Below are positions 1 to 11,584 of a DNA stretch of 64,000 nt, one piece after another; the stretch's first letter is position 1; each line of letters starts with the position of its first letter. Origin of the DNA: Rhodosorus marinus CCMP1338 (taxonomy: Eukaryota; Plantae; Rhodophyta). The notes below the pieces were generated by a model. It was not told the DNA's origin. It ran no database searches and worked only from the letters and a program-made list of their open reading frames with translations. The translations under genes were made by a program, and so were the position numbers. The stretch spans positions 1,364,001 to 1,428,000 of the forward strand of contig JAMWBK010000010.1 of assembly GCA_029953675.1 (NCBI GenBank), read 5' to 3'.

Positions 1-1
1 C

Positions 2-1676
2 GACGATTTTCGAATTCACATCACGCTTACCCTCCACTGGATTCACACTCTTCACGATGGACAGTTCCAAGAGCATCGCACAGACGAACTACAAGACGCG
101 TTTGTTCTATTGCGTAGAAGTCAGAATGGGCTTGCTCATGCCAAGGGTTCTATAGCCGAGCTCGCGCAAAGAGACTGGACCGCGGTTCTGGATGTGTCCA
201 GCGGGTGAGGAATACGCTTTGTAGGTCAATAGGGGGAGTATGTTTGGATTCACCACTGAAACGAAATCCCATGTCTGTGTTCTGTTTTCGAACACTTCAG
301 GTCAAGCGACAAGAATGAGGATCAAGCTGAGCATATGAATCACTGCATCGAAAGGCTGTCAAGAGTGATATTTCATCGCGAGCAAACCATCATGCTGGCG
401 GCAGGTTCAAGCATACAGACCGAGCTGTATGAAACGTTTCTGGAAGGGCTATCAACAGCCCTGCGGACGATGCCGAGGAAGGGACTCCCTATCTGGAAAT
501 GCGCTGTGCTTCATGTGCACGACATACTTTCTCGGAAGGATTTAGATGTGGAGAATGACGATGCACGGAATCGGCTGCGCACATGGGAACGTATTTTGCC
601 GGTTTTGCCGAACAAAGTATGTTCCTTGACCTGGGGTAGCATTGTGCGAATCACAGCACGTCACGAATTCTGACTTTGTGTGTGTCGATTTCGCACCGCG
701 TTCTAGGACTTATTCTTGGTTGACTACAGGAGAAAACTAGTGGAAAGAGCGCTCAGTGAAAGCGCCCAAATCGAGGATGAAAATTCCGCGCTTGACCTTC
801 TCATGAAGTCTCTCGATTCTTCCCAAGTAATTGCGATGTACTCCATGGTCAATGACCTGAAGAAGTCTGAAAGCATCACGAGATCATGGCATGAACAAGA
901 TCAATCGAACAATCTTTGTTCCTTGAAGGTCAGCTGGGTCTGCAGTGATCTCCGCCCCTGCAATCAGACGAGTACTGAATGTTTGTATTTCTGCAAAACA
1001 GATTCTGTCTTCGCAAAATTGGACGCTTGATCGACAAGGGTGTGAGGCTCCGGGATTGATGGGAATACTCACGTTGGGCACACTGACGTACCTTAACTCT
1101 GAGCTTCACAAGCGGAAACTGACGTTTCTGCCTAAGTGCAGCTCTGTGACTCTTGAGGCACATCTTGGCTCAAGTTTTGAGGTTGTTGGTAACGCACTTC
1201 ATGCGTCCATTCTTCTACTATTCAATGACCGGACACAACTATCAGAGGAAACTGCGGCATCGAAGCTCGGCTGTTCGAGAGAAGAACTCGGAGCTCTAAC
1301 ACAGCGTTTGCCCATGATAAAACGTCAGGGCAACCAGCTAGTACTTGACACTGACTTCCAGGGCGAAGATGCGGTAGTCGAGTGCAGAAGCGCTGATGAC
1401 TTTTTCGATGACGGCGAAGATGCTGCTGTCCCTACTGAAAGTCTTGGAGAGACTCTGTGCTTTAGGGACCAAACCGTGCAAGCTGCAGTAATGAGGGTAA
1501 TGAAGTCATGGAATCACTTAGGATGTGAAGAGCTTGAGGCCATGGTTGTGGTACAGCTGCAAAACTGGTTCGTTCCAGATCCTAGTATGATCAAGGACGC
1601 GACAGCGAAACTCCAAAAGCGCGACTTTCTCCGGCATGATCAGGAAAGGAACACTTATACATACATAAACTGCTAA
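2..1676 (+). CDS. Divergent cullin-family protein (C-terminal part; 5' end outside window). Exons <2-204, 301-616, 707-928, 1002-1676
   Basis: GT-AG introns 205-300, 617-706 and 929-1001 join open frames. Cullin-like segments: DLFLVDYRRKLVERAL, ILSSQNWT (cf. VLTTGxWP), HKRKLTFLP...SSVTL, and a C-terminal winged helix QAAVMRVMKS...IKDATAKLQKRDFLRHDQERNTYTY. Confidence 0.82.
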
Positions 1677-2080
1677 CTACACTTCCCTGTTCTCTATTTT
1701 TATTCCCTTTGGATTGTGTAACGCAAAACACTTGTACATATGGAAAAGTATGAAATCACTAGAAACTGTGATCCCATAAAACACTTGTCGCAATGGCCAC
1801 TTTGGAAGTACTTGCTAATTTTTGGGATGGTTTTGTCATGCGGAAGCATAGAAACAGACAGCACAGCGACGTACCAGGCTTTGACTTGGTGAAGCAGGAA
1901 GCGAAAGTCGACTTGGCCACTCGCTCAAGCTTGTCCAAGTCAAATTGATATGCACCTGTGTCTATGCTTCCGCTTGACAAAACCGGTCCAGCAAAAATAA
2001 ACACTCTAGCTGATCAAATGCATTTGATGACAACCATCATCGGCTCTCAGTTGGGGGTCCAACTCCCTACTCCATCTCGA

Positions 2081-2466
2081 CTAGCGTTCAGGCCTCGGGC
2101 AAAATCTTGATGTGTAGCAAGGATGCTTGCAGGGATCTGGGTTTGGATCCCGCCAAACGGCGCATTGTTCAAAAGGGCAGGCGAACCTTGGCACTAGTTG
2201 GGTGCGACACTAGCCGAGATTCGTTCTCAACGACTTGGCTCGCGTTCCTTTGAAATACGTACCAAGCTCCACTTCCTCCCACTCTAGCTCTGTGGCAGCG
2301 CCCGAGTATGAGGTAATGAACCGCCCTTGGTTCGCCGCCAATGCGTACTACACTCAGCCACAGCTACGGCTTGAGCTTGCATAGACATCCACGATCCACG
2401 CAGCCCGATGCTCCAACTTCCATAAATAATTAACACGATATAATATAGGGGTCGGATCCAGTCCAT
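2081..2466 (-). CDS. Hypothetical small protein, possibly secreted and Cys-rich; splicing uncertain
   Basis: ATG at 2466 gives a hydrophobic N-terminus (MDWIRPLYYIVLIIYGSWSIG). Plausible GT-AG introns (59 nt, and 2194-2262) give ...ECKLEWEEVELVPRFACPFEQCAVWRDPNPDPCKHPCYTSRFCPRPER*. It lies at the C-rich arm of the divergent SmB promoter. Alternative models extend towards 1759. Confidence 0.3.
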
Positions 2467-2479
2467 TTCAATCTGATAC

Positions 2480-2990
2480 TAAAAGCAGAACAAGATTGCT
2501 CAAAGCAGATCTTTTCATTCAAAGCGCAACCATACTAAATTCCTCCAAGCTGTGGATAGATACTACTAAGTACCCCTTGACAGCTCCTCACAATCACTCA
2601 TCCTCCCTCCCCAATCCCACATCCGCAACAAAGCGCGTCGGCCGAGAACGAAAACAACATATAAAGCACATTTAAGTGTCCTCACGAAGCGCAATCAATA
2701 AACGCCAATACCTATTCCATTTTAATTTAATTAATAGAATTTTAATTTAATTTAATAGAATTACATATATTGATTGATTTTAGTATATGACAGTTTAATT
2801 GCTTTTTTGCTGATATTGGTTTTCGATTCGTGGGTGAAAATGGTATTGGAAATTGAGGTTTCGGAACTCGGGGGGAAGATTGGTTGGGAGGGGCTTGGAG
2901 GAGGGAAGAAGAAAAGGTTTGAACGTGTGGATTTTGTTTTTGTATACGAGATTTGCATCCTCTTAGAAGGATAGAAAATCTTGCTTCAAA
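2480..2990. promoter_or_regulatory. Probable bidirectional promoter (C/A-rich arm, AT-rich core, G/T-rich arm)
   Basis: Composition switches from C-rich (~2580-2640) to AT-rich (~2690-2790) to G-rich (~2800-2990) just before the SmB ATG. A similar layout is seen at other divergent gene pairs. Confidence 0.5.
2721..2761. repeat. AT-rich direct repeat, 2 x ~20 bp
   Basis: tttaatttaattaatagaat followed immediately by tttaatttaatttaatagaat. Confidence 0.8.
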
Positions 2991-4127
2991 ATGTCGATTT
3001 CCAAGAGCAGCAAGATGCTGCAGTATGTGAACTATAGGATGCGTGTGACTTTGGACGATGGGAGAATGCTTGTGGGAAAGTTTTTGGCGTTTGACAAGCA
3101 TATGAATCTGGTTTTGGGAAACTGTGAGGAGTGGAAGAAATCAAAGAAGAAGGTGAGCAGTGGAGAGAATCTCTCAGCCGCTCCTTGGCATCGTCATCGG
3201 GTTGTGAGTTTGGCAGTTGTGAAAGTAGGGATCTAAGGGTTCGTTTTCTTAACTTTTTGGGGGTGTTTGCCCTAACGGGATTGGAACAGCAGGATACGGA
3301 GGAAATGAGAAGTTTAGGACTTATTTTGCTTCGTGGCGAATGTGTTGTGTCTCTAACTGTAGAATCGCCTCCAGCTGAGCAAGATTCACGGAAACGATCC
3401 TCTGGAAAGGGCCCTGCACCCCAGGGTAGAGGAATGCCAGCTGGGAGAGGCATTCCGCAAGGTAGGCAATCATCTCTTTTGCAGAATAATTTCAATTGAT
3501 TCCCTCTTGATTCTCCTTTGCCTATGCGACGGAGCGCGGACAAGGATCTAAATCCATCTGCCACCTTGGTTCTTTTCTTTATCAAGGACCCCCACCAGGA
3601 GCACCGCCTGTAGGTTTATCTGGTCCAGTTAGGGGCGTTGGAGGCCCTGCTCCAACAACAATGCAACCGCATGTTTCCGCTCAACCCCAGATGTACGGTG
3701 GAAGGGGCGGATCGCAGGTAACGAATCTCTTGATCAGCCCTTTTCCAGTAATAGTTCTAACAGCTTTTCTTCCGTTTACCCAATCAGATGGGTGCACCAG
3801 GTCCGCCAGGTTACGGCGGAGGTATGGCACCACCACCGGGACCCCCAATGAGGTAAGCAACCTGTCCTCCTATCCACAACGGAATCCTTCTTTTTCGCAC
3901 CCACCTCTGAACGCCATTGTTTACCTTGTACAATTCGCAGTTATGGAAGAGGTATGCCTCCTCCACCGGGCATGCCTCCACCGGGCATGCAACCTCCTGG
4001 AATGCCGCCACCGGGGTATGGAAGAGGAGCCCCTCCTCCTGGAATGCAACCTCCTGGGATGCAACCTCCTTATGGACGTGGAGGTGGTCCTCCTGGTGCA
4101 CCGGGTGCACCACCACCGCAGCAATAG
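2991..4127 (+). CDS. SNRPB: Small nuclear ribonucleoprotein SmB/B'. Exons 2991-3152, 3293-3461, 3587-3717, 3789-3852, 3941-4127
   Basis: MSISKSSKMLQYVNYRMRVTLDDGRMLVGKFLAFDKHMNLVLGNCEE (Sm1), RSLGLILLRGECVVSLTVE (Sm2), the SmB motif GLSGPVRGVGGP and a Pro/Gly/Met-rich tail ending PPPQQ*. Confidence 0.96.
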
Positions 4128-4755
4128 GATCGACAAAAATAGTCGTTTCTAGAGTATCCGCTTCAGCCGATCTCCTCCGCGATGGTATGTTGTTGTAGAT
4201 AAACGCTGACTACGACGAACCCGATCGGTTGCGGCGCATTGGAGGATTGCAGACATCGAACCCTGACTAATGCTTTTCCCGTTTTCTTTTTGTTACAGGG
4301 AACTCCACCTGGAGCATCGCATAGATCGTTCCGGTCCGGCTCTCCATAGCTTCGGCGACCAAGCCCCAACCCAAAACGCCTTGGCAAGTCTTTGATCAGG
4401 CAAAGATGTACGGGGGAGCGAGACCGATTCGAGGTACAGGAGGCAAAGGAGGAGAAACTGAAACATGACTGCCAAATGATCCCTGAAGAAAGGGGTTTGT
4501 GTCTTCCTTCACATCAAAACTCCTAATAGGTAACCCCAAATAACAAGGCAGTACAAAAGAAAGGGGGTCGCCAAGAGCGGTAACTGAGAGAGGTTTTTGG
4601 AAAGGAGTATAATGTATGGTCTGTGTTTGTTTCCCTCCGCTTTTTTTTGATTTTCTATAAAGCGTGTCAAAGGTGTTGGTCTATGGCGTTTGTTGATTGT
4701 TCTAAGATTTGTCTAGACAGAGAGACTCCTGGCAACTTTTGAAAAGAGCTCTACC

Positions 4756-6152
4756 TCATTTCTTCACGGTGTCGTCACCGTCTTTCGGTCGGAGAAGTGG
4801 GCTGAAAAGAGAAGAAATTCGGTCTACTACGCCCTGTGAAGTATCGTCTTCTTGTTCGCCCCGAAAAGCACTTACAATGTCCGCCTGTTGAAACCGAAAG
4901 AAGCCGCGGAGTGCCCCAGTGAAGTGAGAGGTTTGCTCGTGCATCGATTTCCGCAAAAGCCGTTGGGAACAGCGTACCTCAGTAGGTCTCGTGGGAGAGG
5001 TTAACAAGGTCTTCACTTGTCGAAAAGTGCCGACCCTACAGAGCATCCAGTCCTCCGGGTATGATTTGAAAAGTATGCCTCCGTTCCACCTAAACTCGAA
5101 CGTACAGACCGCAGTTTCTGTTAACACACGCGCCCCTCGAAGGGACACAGCGAACAGAGCGATGCTGGGAAATACCTTGGATGCGGGCCAACTTGGTACC
5201 AATAGACAGTATCAAATGCCTTCCTGAACTTTTCAACGGTCTTGGAATCCTGACCTGAAGAATCCACTCTCATGTTCAAAGCGACGATTAGTACGTCCTG
5301 ACCAAGGTCGTCACTAAGTCTCTGAACCATCGTCAGCTCTTTGCTTCCTAACGAAACACCATATCAACTTGGGACTCAGACGATCAAGTTTCATCCTTTT
5401 GATCAGAGAGCCATTGAACTGGGTCTGTCTCTATACCTCCTCCAGCAATGATCACCACATTCTCATCCTCTTGGATAGCGCTTCCTCCAAAACCAGATCG
5501 GGAAGTCTTTCGCATCTCCTTAAGGCTTGTAACTCGATACTCATGGTCTGGCCCCCATGATTTCTTAGCCTGAGCTCGGATTACGGGACATTGATTAGCA
5601 AAACTTGCCGTCAGCCAAAGCAGAAGACCAAGCCAGCTCTGACGACTCAGTCTTTCCAGAACATTTTTTTGCGCCGAGAGTTCACACCTTATCAGCGGCT
5701 TGTTTCGTCGGAAAGACCGCAACGATGCCGAGGTCATTGCCTCGGAAGAACTCGATGAACAACTTGGTGAGTTCTCGTGTGGATGCTGCATCTGCATTAG
5801 CTTCCGAAGACGTTGATGACTCCTTCTGAAGGTGGCAGAGACGTCGTTGACGCACTGATTAGTTTAGTTTTCGGATGAAAACCTGGGGAGACGCGCGTAA
5901 GTTGGGTTTTTGATTTCTTACACTTTTCTCCAACTGAAAACTGGCGTTCTTGGGGGTACATATCTCAATTCTTGACATACGAGCTTGCAAGGAAGCCTGC
6001 ACGGCCTCTCGAACTTGTTTGATCGTTCCCCGCACGTTCATGGGAGGCTGTACAGCTGCCGTAACTGGCTGTATCCTTGACCCTTTCAGTCCTCGATGAT
6101 GAGGAAAGGAAGCCAAACCTCCTCCAGGCACAGAAACAAACGTCATTGCCAT
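4756..6152 (-). CDS. DUF1995-family (LPA3-like) plastid-targeted protein, multi-exon
   Basis: Transit-like MAMTFVSV...; spliced segments VREAVQASLQARMSRIEI, TRELTKLFIEFF...VAVFPTKQAA, DVLIVALN...FDTVYWYQ and GGILFKSYPEDWML follow the DUF1995 pattern as I recall it. Stop at 4756. Confidence 0.68.
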
Positions 6153-7480
6153 ACTGCCACTGGTCGAAATCTACCTCAAGGTTGCCCTAGGAAACACAAA
6201 GCAGCCAAAACGCCGTTCAGATTAACGACGCGGAAACAGAAAATAACAAAAGGTAATCAGGACTTACTAGCTCCCCTTCCAGGCGAATCTGTCTCACATC
6301 CAATCCATCCTCATCAGTCTTTCATCAACAACAGTCCACTTATCGACGATGAGATAGTTTATCTGGAGATTCCAAAGGATAGCGGTGAAGCTTCACCAAT
6401 GGGCCTCGGGGGGAGTGGTCTCAAGCAATACTCGCTACTGAGACTGATTTCAATCATAGCTTTGAAGCTTGCAATGGGTCTCGGAGGAGGGCGAGCGGAA
6501 CTCTATAGTGAAGCTTACAACGCCGTGTTCATATGACTGCTTCAGGTGCTGGCTAGGTGTATGATGCCTGTGATTCCGATGACGGCTAGTTCATTGTCTT
6601 TGGGGATGAGCTCATCATATTCTTTTGGTTCCCCAGACTCCAATTGGCTGGACAGGTTGTCATCGATTTGCCGCAGATGAAGACCCTGTTCATGTACACA
6701 AGGTGATGCATGAAGGATCTTTGCGAGACCAGCGGACAGTGTTATGGCATCGGTGTTTTGTACGCCACGTTCTGAGCAGCTTGCACTGCCTTCTATGTAG
6801 AGGTTGTAAAACGTCGAGGTCGACTTGAACTGATTCCGAATCAAATAGACCGGGGGGGCTCCCAGTGGAATCTCGATGTGCTTGTTCGTGTGCAGGTCCA
6901 GCTCCATCGGGTAGAGTCCTTTTTCGGGAATGGGAAGAAACTTCATGGATATGCTGGTATAATGAGGTCGGTGATGACTCGTGAATACGGAAGTGCCACA
7001 TCCCGTTGCGCCACAACACGCCTCGATCCTGCGTCTTCAATGCCAGATCGACCAGATCATGAAGACAGAGGTTAACGGGACTGCAGCTGGAGGGGTCAGG
7101 TCAGGCCTAGTTCCAAGCTGCCTTAGTCTGGTGAATAGACAATGTCTTAAAAGCCACAGCTGGTGACCTTACATGACCCTTTTTGGGAGGCTTATGATTC
7201 TCCTAGCTGTTCTGGGTTCTATGGCTAACTTCTTATCAGCGTTTACTATCAACAATCGTCCACCCCAGTTTCCTAGTTTCCACTATGAATCGGTGCGAAC
7301 AAATAATCATTTGCATGGACAGAGATCAACCGGAGCAATGCCCTCCATGACTTGATACCCGAGCTTAACGAGAGCGTACTAGGGGAACCCGAACATCTTG
7401 ACGAAGCTCTCAGAACCGAGTGTCTGTGGTCTCACAGAAATGTGTCTATGATACTGTGGTCAGATTCTGATTGGCAGGTC

Positions 7481-8153
7481 TCAGTCCTCCCTAACGCGCC
7501 TCGGAACCTGGATCACTCTTCGAGGTTTACGCGCTGGATCGTCCTCTGGATCAAAACGATCTCTTTCTCTCTTCTCCTCTGCCCAGCGGCGCTTTTTCTG
7601 CTGAAGCGTGGGTCTTGTCCTCCTGAAGTTCGCGGCGTAATCATCCTGCTTAGGGTTGATGGCGTGCTCATACTCCGCTCGCGCCCGGGGTGCAAAGGGC
7701 ACATCAACCCAGTTGCGTAACCTGATAAACATTTTTTTATAATCCGGCCTCTTTTTCACACCCTTTTGCATGGTATTGCGAGACGTTTTTCCAGGCAGAT
7801 TCACAGATCCTACGCTGTCCACCTCAAGCCCGTAGAGCTTCTGTACATACTCTCGGAAAGTTATTTTGTTCATGCTCTTGTCCACGATAAACTGTAGAGA
7901 CTTCGTACGAAATAATCTCTCAGGGCTCGCCTGAAGTTCACAGAGAAAAGTCGGTTAGTGAGCAAGGCCATGAAACGAGGTAACGAACAGGGCCAAACGA
8001 AAAATCAAACAGACTGACAAACAGCAAGGTAGATCCAAAAGCTTGTAGGCTCAAAAGGCTTACCAACTTCCTCAACGGCATCCTCGTCGGTACTAGCTTC
8101 AACGTCGCCTTGTAGTTGGGGAAAAAATTCTTCAAAGGCGCCTTCAAGACCAT
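7481..8153 (-). CDS. MRPL23: Mitochondrial ribosomal protein uL23. Exons 8153-8064, 7930-7481
   Basis: FFPNYKATLKLV; FIVDKSMNKITFREYVQKLYGLEVDSVGSVNLPGK...KRPDYKKMFIRL is the uL23 core. Intron 7931-8063 (GTAAGC...TTCAG) keeps the frame. Confidence 0.85.
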
Positions 8154-8639
8154 CGTTTCCTCTAAAAATCCCAAAGAAGAGATACCTAATCGCTACATAT
8201 ATCGTCCCAATAGGAAGGGATCACCCTTACACCGCATCAATCTTCGCACTACGCCGCTCTGCTTTCGTCCTCTAAATAGATCACCATGATGCGACACTTA
8301 AAACACTTTATAGTACCAACAACATCTGAAACACGTCATATTTCTGATATACTGGTCAACAAGGAAATTTTATAAGTCACCTTGTCTGGTGACGCGTACT
8401 CATCGAAACGGAAGATAAAGAATGTATTTTCAAAATATTATGAACGAAGTTTCTCAAATAATAGTTTTAACGATCACTTGACAGCACTCTGCGCGATGAA
8501 GATTCAGGCACTGGATGGGGTTGGGTATTGGCCAGGGTAAAGGCAGCGAAGGAGTTGCAGGTGGCATGGTCTGGCTGGGTCGTGACCTTTTGTGATAATA
8601 TGAAATGTGGAATCCGCCCGGCCAAGGACATATTTGGCC

Positions 8640-9330
8640 TTGCGGTAGCTAATAGACCAGGAAGAAAGCATCGGGATGGTTTAGCTCAGTCACCGGTAGG
8701 TCTTGCTCAGCTCCGTTCACACAAATCATGTCTAAATGATACGAAAAACTATGCAAGACGTTGGCTTCGCATCTGCGTAGGTAAGCCTTACTCGCTGGAC
8801 CCCGTAGGGGAGAGAAATTCCGTCAGCACAGTCATGCCGCCCTCCCCACTACACCCTTCGACGTGCACCCGACCCGACGTCTCCTACGCCTTCACTCTTG
8901 GCAAACTTAGTTACGGAGATCGGAATCCATGCTACCGGCATCTACGTTTTCACTCACAACACAGCCTGCCTGAGCTGGATCACCAACCCAAATAAGCCCC
9001 CTCCAAGGCATATCCACCTACAACATACCGGAACGTGAGGCATCACAAAGCGCTCGGCACCACTTCTCTAAACTCATTCCCGGACAGCGGCCTCCCTACC
9101 TCGAATGCTGTGCGGTATCTGTGCTGGTATGACCAGGGATCGAGCCCTTGCGTGGCCAACTAGCCCTGGTGTTTGCATACCATGGCAAAAGGCCGTGATA
9201 GTCGACGGCTAGTAACAGGAATTTGTCCGGCGAGTTATATTCAAACACACCTGGAACTACAAACGAACATGGCGTGGACTCCGATACCAAGCCGAGCTGC
9301 TTTTCTCTTGGAACAAAAAAGCATGTCTAG
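8640..9330 (+). mobile_element. Probable decayed Ty1/copia retrotransposon reverse-transcriptase fragment
   Basis: One frame reads RDGLAQS...KNYARRWL...KPYSLDPVG...TCTRPDVSYAFTLGKLSYGDRNP, co-linear with the copia consensus GIxLSQxKY...PYRSxVG...CTRPDIAYAVGxLSRxxxNP. Later frames are broken (AVRYL, FSWNKK). No LTRs found. Confidence 0.45.
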
Positions 9331-11584
9331 TCTCGAACGGCCTACTATAGCTGGACTATCGGTCCCTCCGTTCTTTTGGCTGCTCTTGTCAGGAATCTTG
9401 CAGCCTCCCCGTAGTGAGGAGATGCTCTCACCATTCGTAGTTCGCATTTGTCAGCAGCATTGACATTGACTTCCATCAGCCTGGATTTCTAGCGGGAAAA
9501 ATCGACTCTCAACTCGAAAGCTAATGCAGCCTAAAACTAGGAAGGCCAACAATCCTACATACTTTGAATGCGACTTTCAAGGGCAGAGTGAAGTTGACGA
9601 GTGTGGACACGTACGCCAGCGAAGATGACCACTCAAGTCAGCCATTGAAGAAAACGTTCGAGGATGCGCAAGGTTTCGATTTGTAAGATGGGAGTACAGT
9701 GCACTTGTTCCTGAGGAGGAAAAAAAGGTTACAGATGAGTTTGTGGTCCTGACACTCATCTATAGTCGGTGCACTCTGGTGTGACGAGGTTTCAAACTTG
9801 CGGCCATATCTAGAAGAGGTCGAGCTTGCTGTGGCAGCGCGCATCTGAACTGTGTGGCAAATTAGTTTATGAATACTGGTTCGACCACAGAATGCCTTAA
9901 CGCCTGAGCTCCTAAGAGCCTGCCCCGAGTCCACTAGTCAAAACTATGGGAGACTGGAGACTGCCGGACACCACAGGTACAGGTTCAGGCTACCCGTTCC
10001 TGACCGATCCGTTAATACCCTCATAGTATGGATATACCGGCATGGGAACTATCCTAATTCTTCAGAAAGATCTCTGGTCGAAGAGTTCTTACTTTTTTTC
10101 TTGTCCCATCAATGCTCCACGGGTGTACCAGTCGTTGGGGCCACCTGTCATGCTGGGACACACCATCGCCAATGCCATGTAGCGATCGAACCTTCCTCGC
10201 CAAAGACATGAAATGCCCAAAATTCCCACCAGCTCTAGACCGGCTGGGGCCTCTGGGCGAAACATATCTAGAAACTACATTATTGAAAACAACTCTGTCC
10301 AAATCTTCAAAATTCACTCAGAACAAACGATCTGAAGTGCATTAAAGTTATCTTCATAGGAATGGCTTTTAGAATATGCTTAAGACAGTCACTTTTTAGA
10401 AACAACCACCAGACCAAACCCCCTTTTTCCCGTAAAAGCCACGGGACAAAACAACAGCTACTGTATGGCACCCACGTGTCTCAAAGACACGGTGGCATGG
10501 GCCTGATAGAGACTCTTGCTCTACATTTGCCACCCGAAATTGAATATGTCTTTTTTTGGCAAGAATCGATGCTACGTGTCATCCGATGAAATAATAAATA
10601 CAGGGGTTTTACTCGTCACTTTCTCAGTGGCCGTATTCTAGCAAGCTGGAGGGGGGTATTTAGTGTTTTAGTCTGTTGTCGGATATGTATATTCATACCC
10701 TCCCTATGGGATATTCAACATACAACAAAGCTTCGATTATTTTTAAATAAATACTTGTTTTGATCTATATCCACATCAGCTACAGGGCTAGGAACAAGAT
10801 TCGTGACCGGTGCATACAAAGCTCTTTCTTCGAGGGGTTATGTGCTCAACTGATTTTTATACACTTCAGGGACCTGAAACCGTTCTATGCCATTCCCCCT
10901 CTTACAACTTTGCAATCAAAGTAAGATATCCTTGAGGGAGTTCTGAATACGCTGATAATTCTCTCCGAAGCAGCAGATCTTTCCCCCCTGTCCAACACAT
11001 TTGAAAATGGAGGACACAGAACTCCGTTCCCTATAGCGTATATACCGTAAATGGTAAACCGTATCGAACAATATAAGTATCCTAAACAACCCCTTATAGA
11101 CTCGACTATAATCCTTCATAATATTTCTTTTATTCCAATATTTGGATCGAAACTATCGAGAGAAGGGGGTTTCATTGAGGACAATATATAGTATTATTAC
11201 AACTGCATCATCTATTTTGATAAATCTTGAGTGCAGGGTTCTAAATACAAGAATAAATTTAATCGAAACGAATGGATAGAGAGACAGTTCTTGCAAGTTT
11301 ATTTCATTTTTTAAGGCGTCGTTTTGCTTTGCTGAGGGGTAAGGAGGGGACATAGCGAGTCGTGGTTGAAAAACTTTTAGGGGGGGGGGGTGGGGTGGTA
11401 AAACGGTCGGAGGGTATATGAGTTGAGTTAGATAAGCATCGGGGAGCTGTTGTGGTTGTGGGGAGGGAGTTGAAGGCCTTTATCAGTTTCAGTGAGGTCT
11501 GCTCTGTACGGAGGATTAGAGATTTTGGTGAAGGTAGAGGTTGGAATCTGTTGTAGGAGATTTTTTTTTCTTTGGTGGTGAAAG

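Noticed and set aside
6542-6946. Minus-strand ORF with a faint gypsy-RT look (HIEIPLGAPPVY, GEPKEYDELIP)
   Set aside because: No YxDD or other diagnostic RT motif and no ATG start; the resemblance is too weak to call.
8673-8730. tRNA-like D-arm text (TAGCTCAGT...GGTAG)
   Set aside because: No T-loop (GTTCRA) or acceptor stem at the right spacing; it lies inside the copia-like fragment.
9687-9719. Ubiquitin-like end DGSTVHLFLRR
   Set aside because: Preceded by an in-frame stop, no di-Gly, and the upstream sequence does not fit the ubiquitin fold.
10054-10317. Minus-strand ORF with a GTAAGA donor near a C-rich arm
   Set aside because: I could not build a coherent spliced product or recognise any domain.
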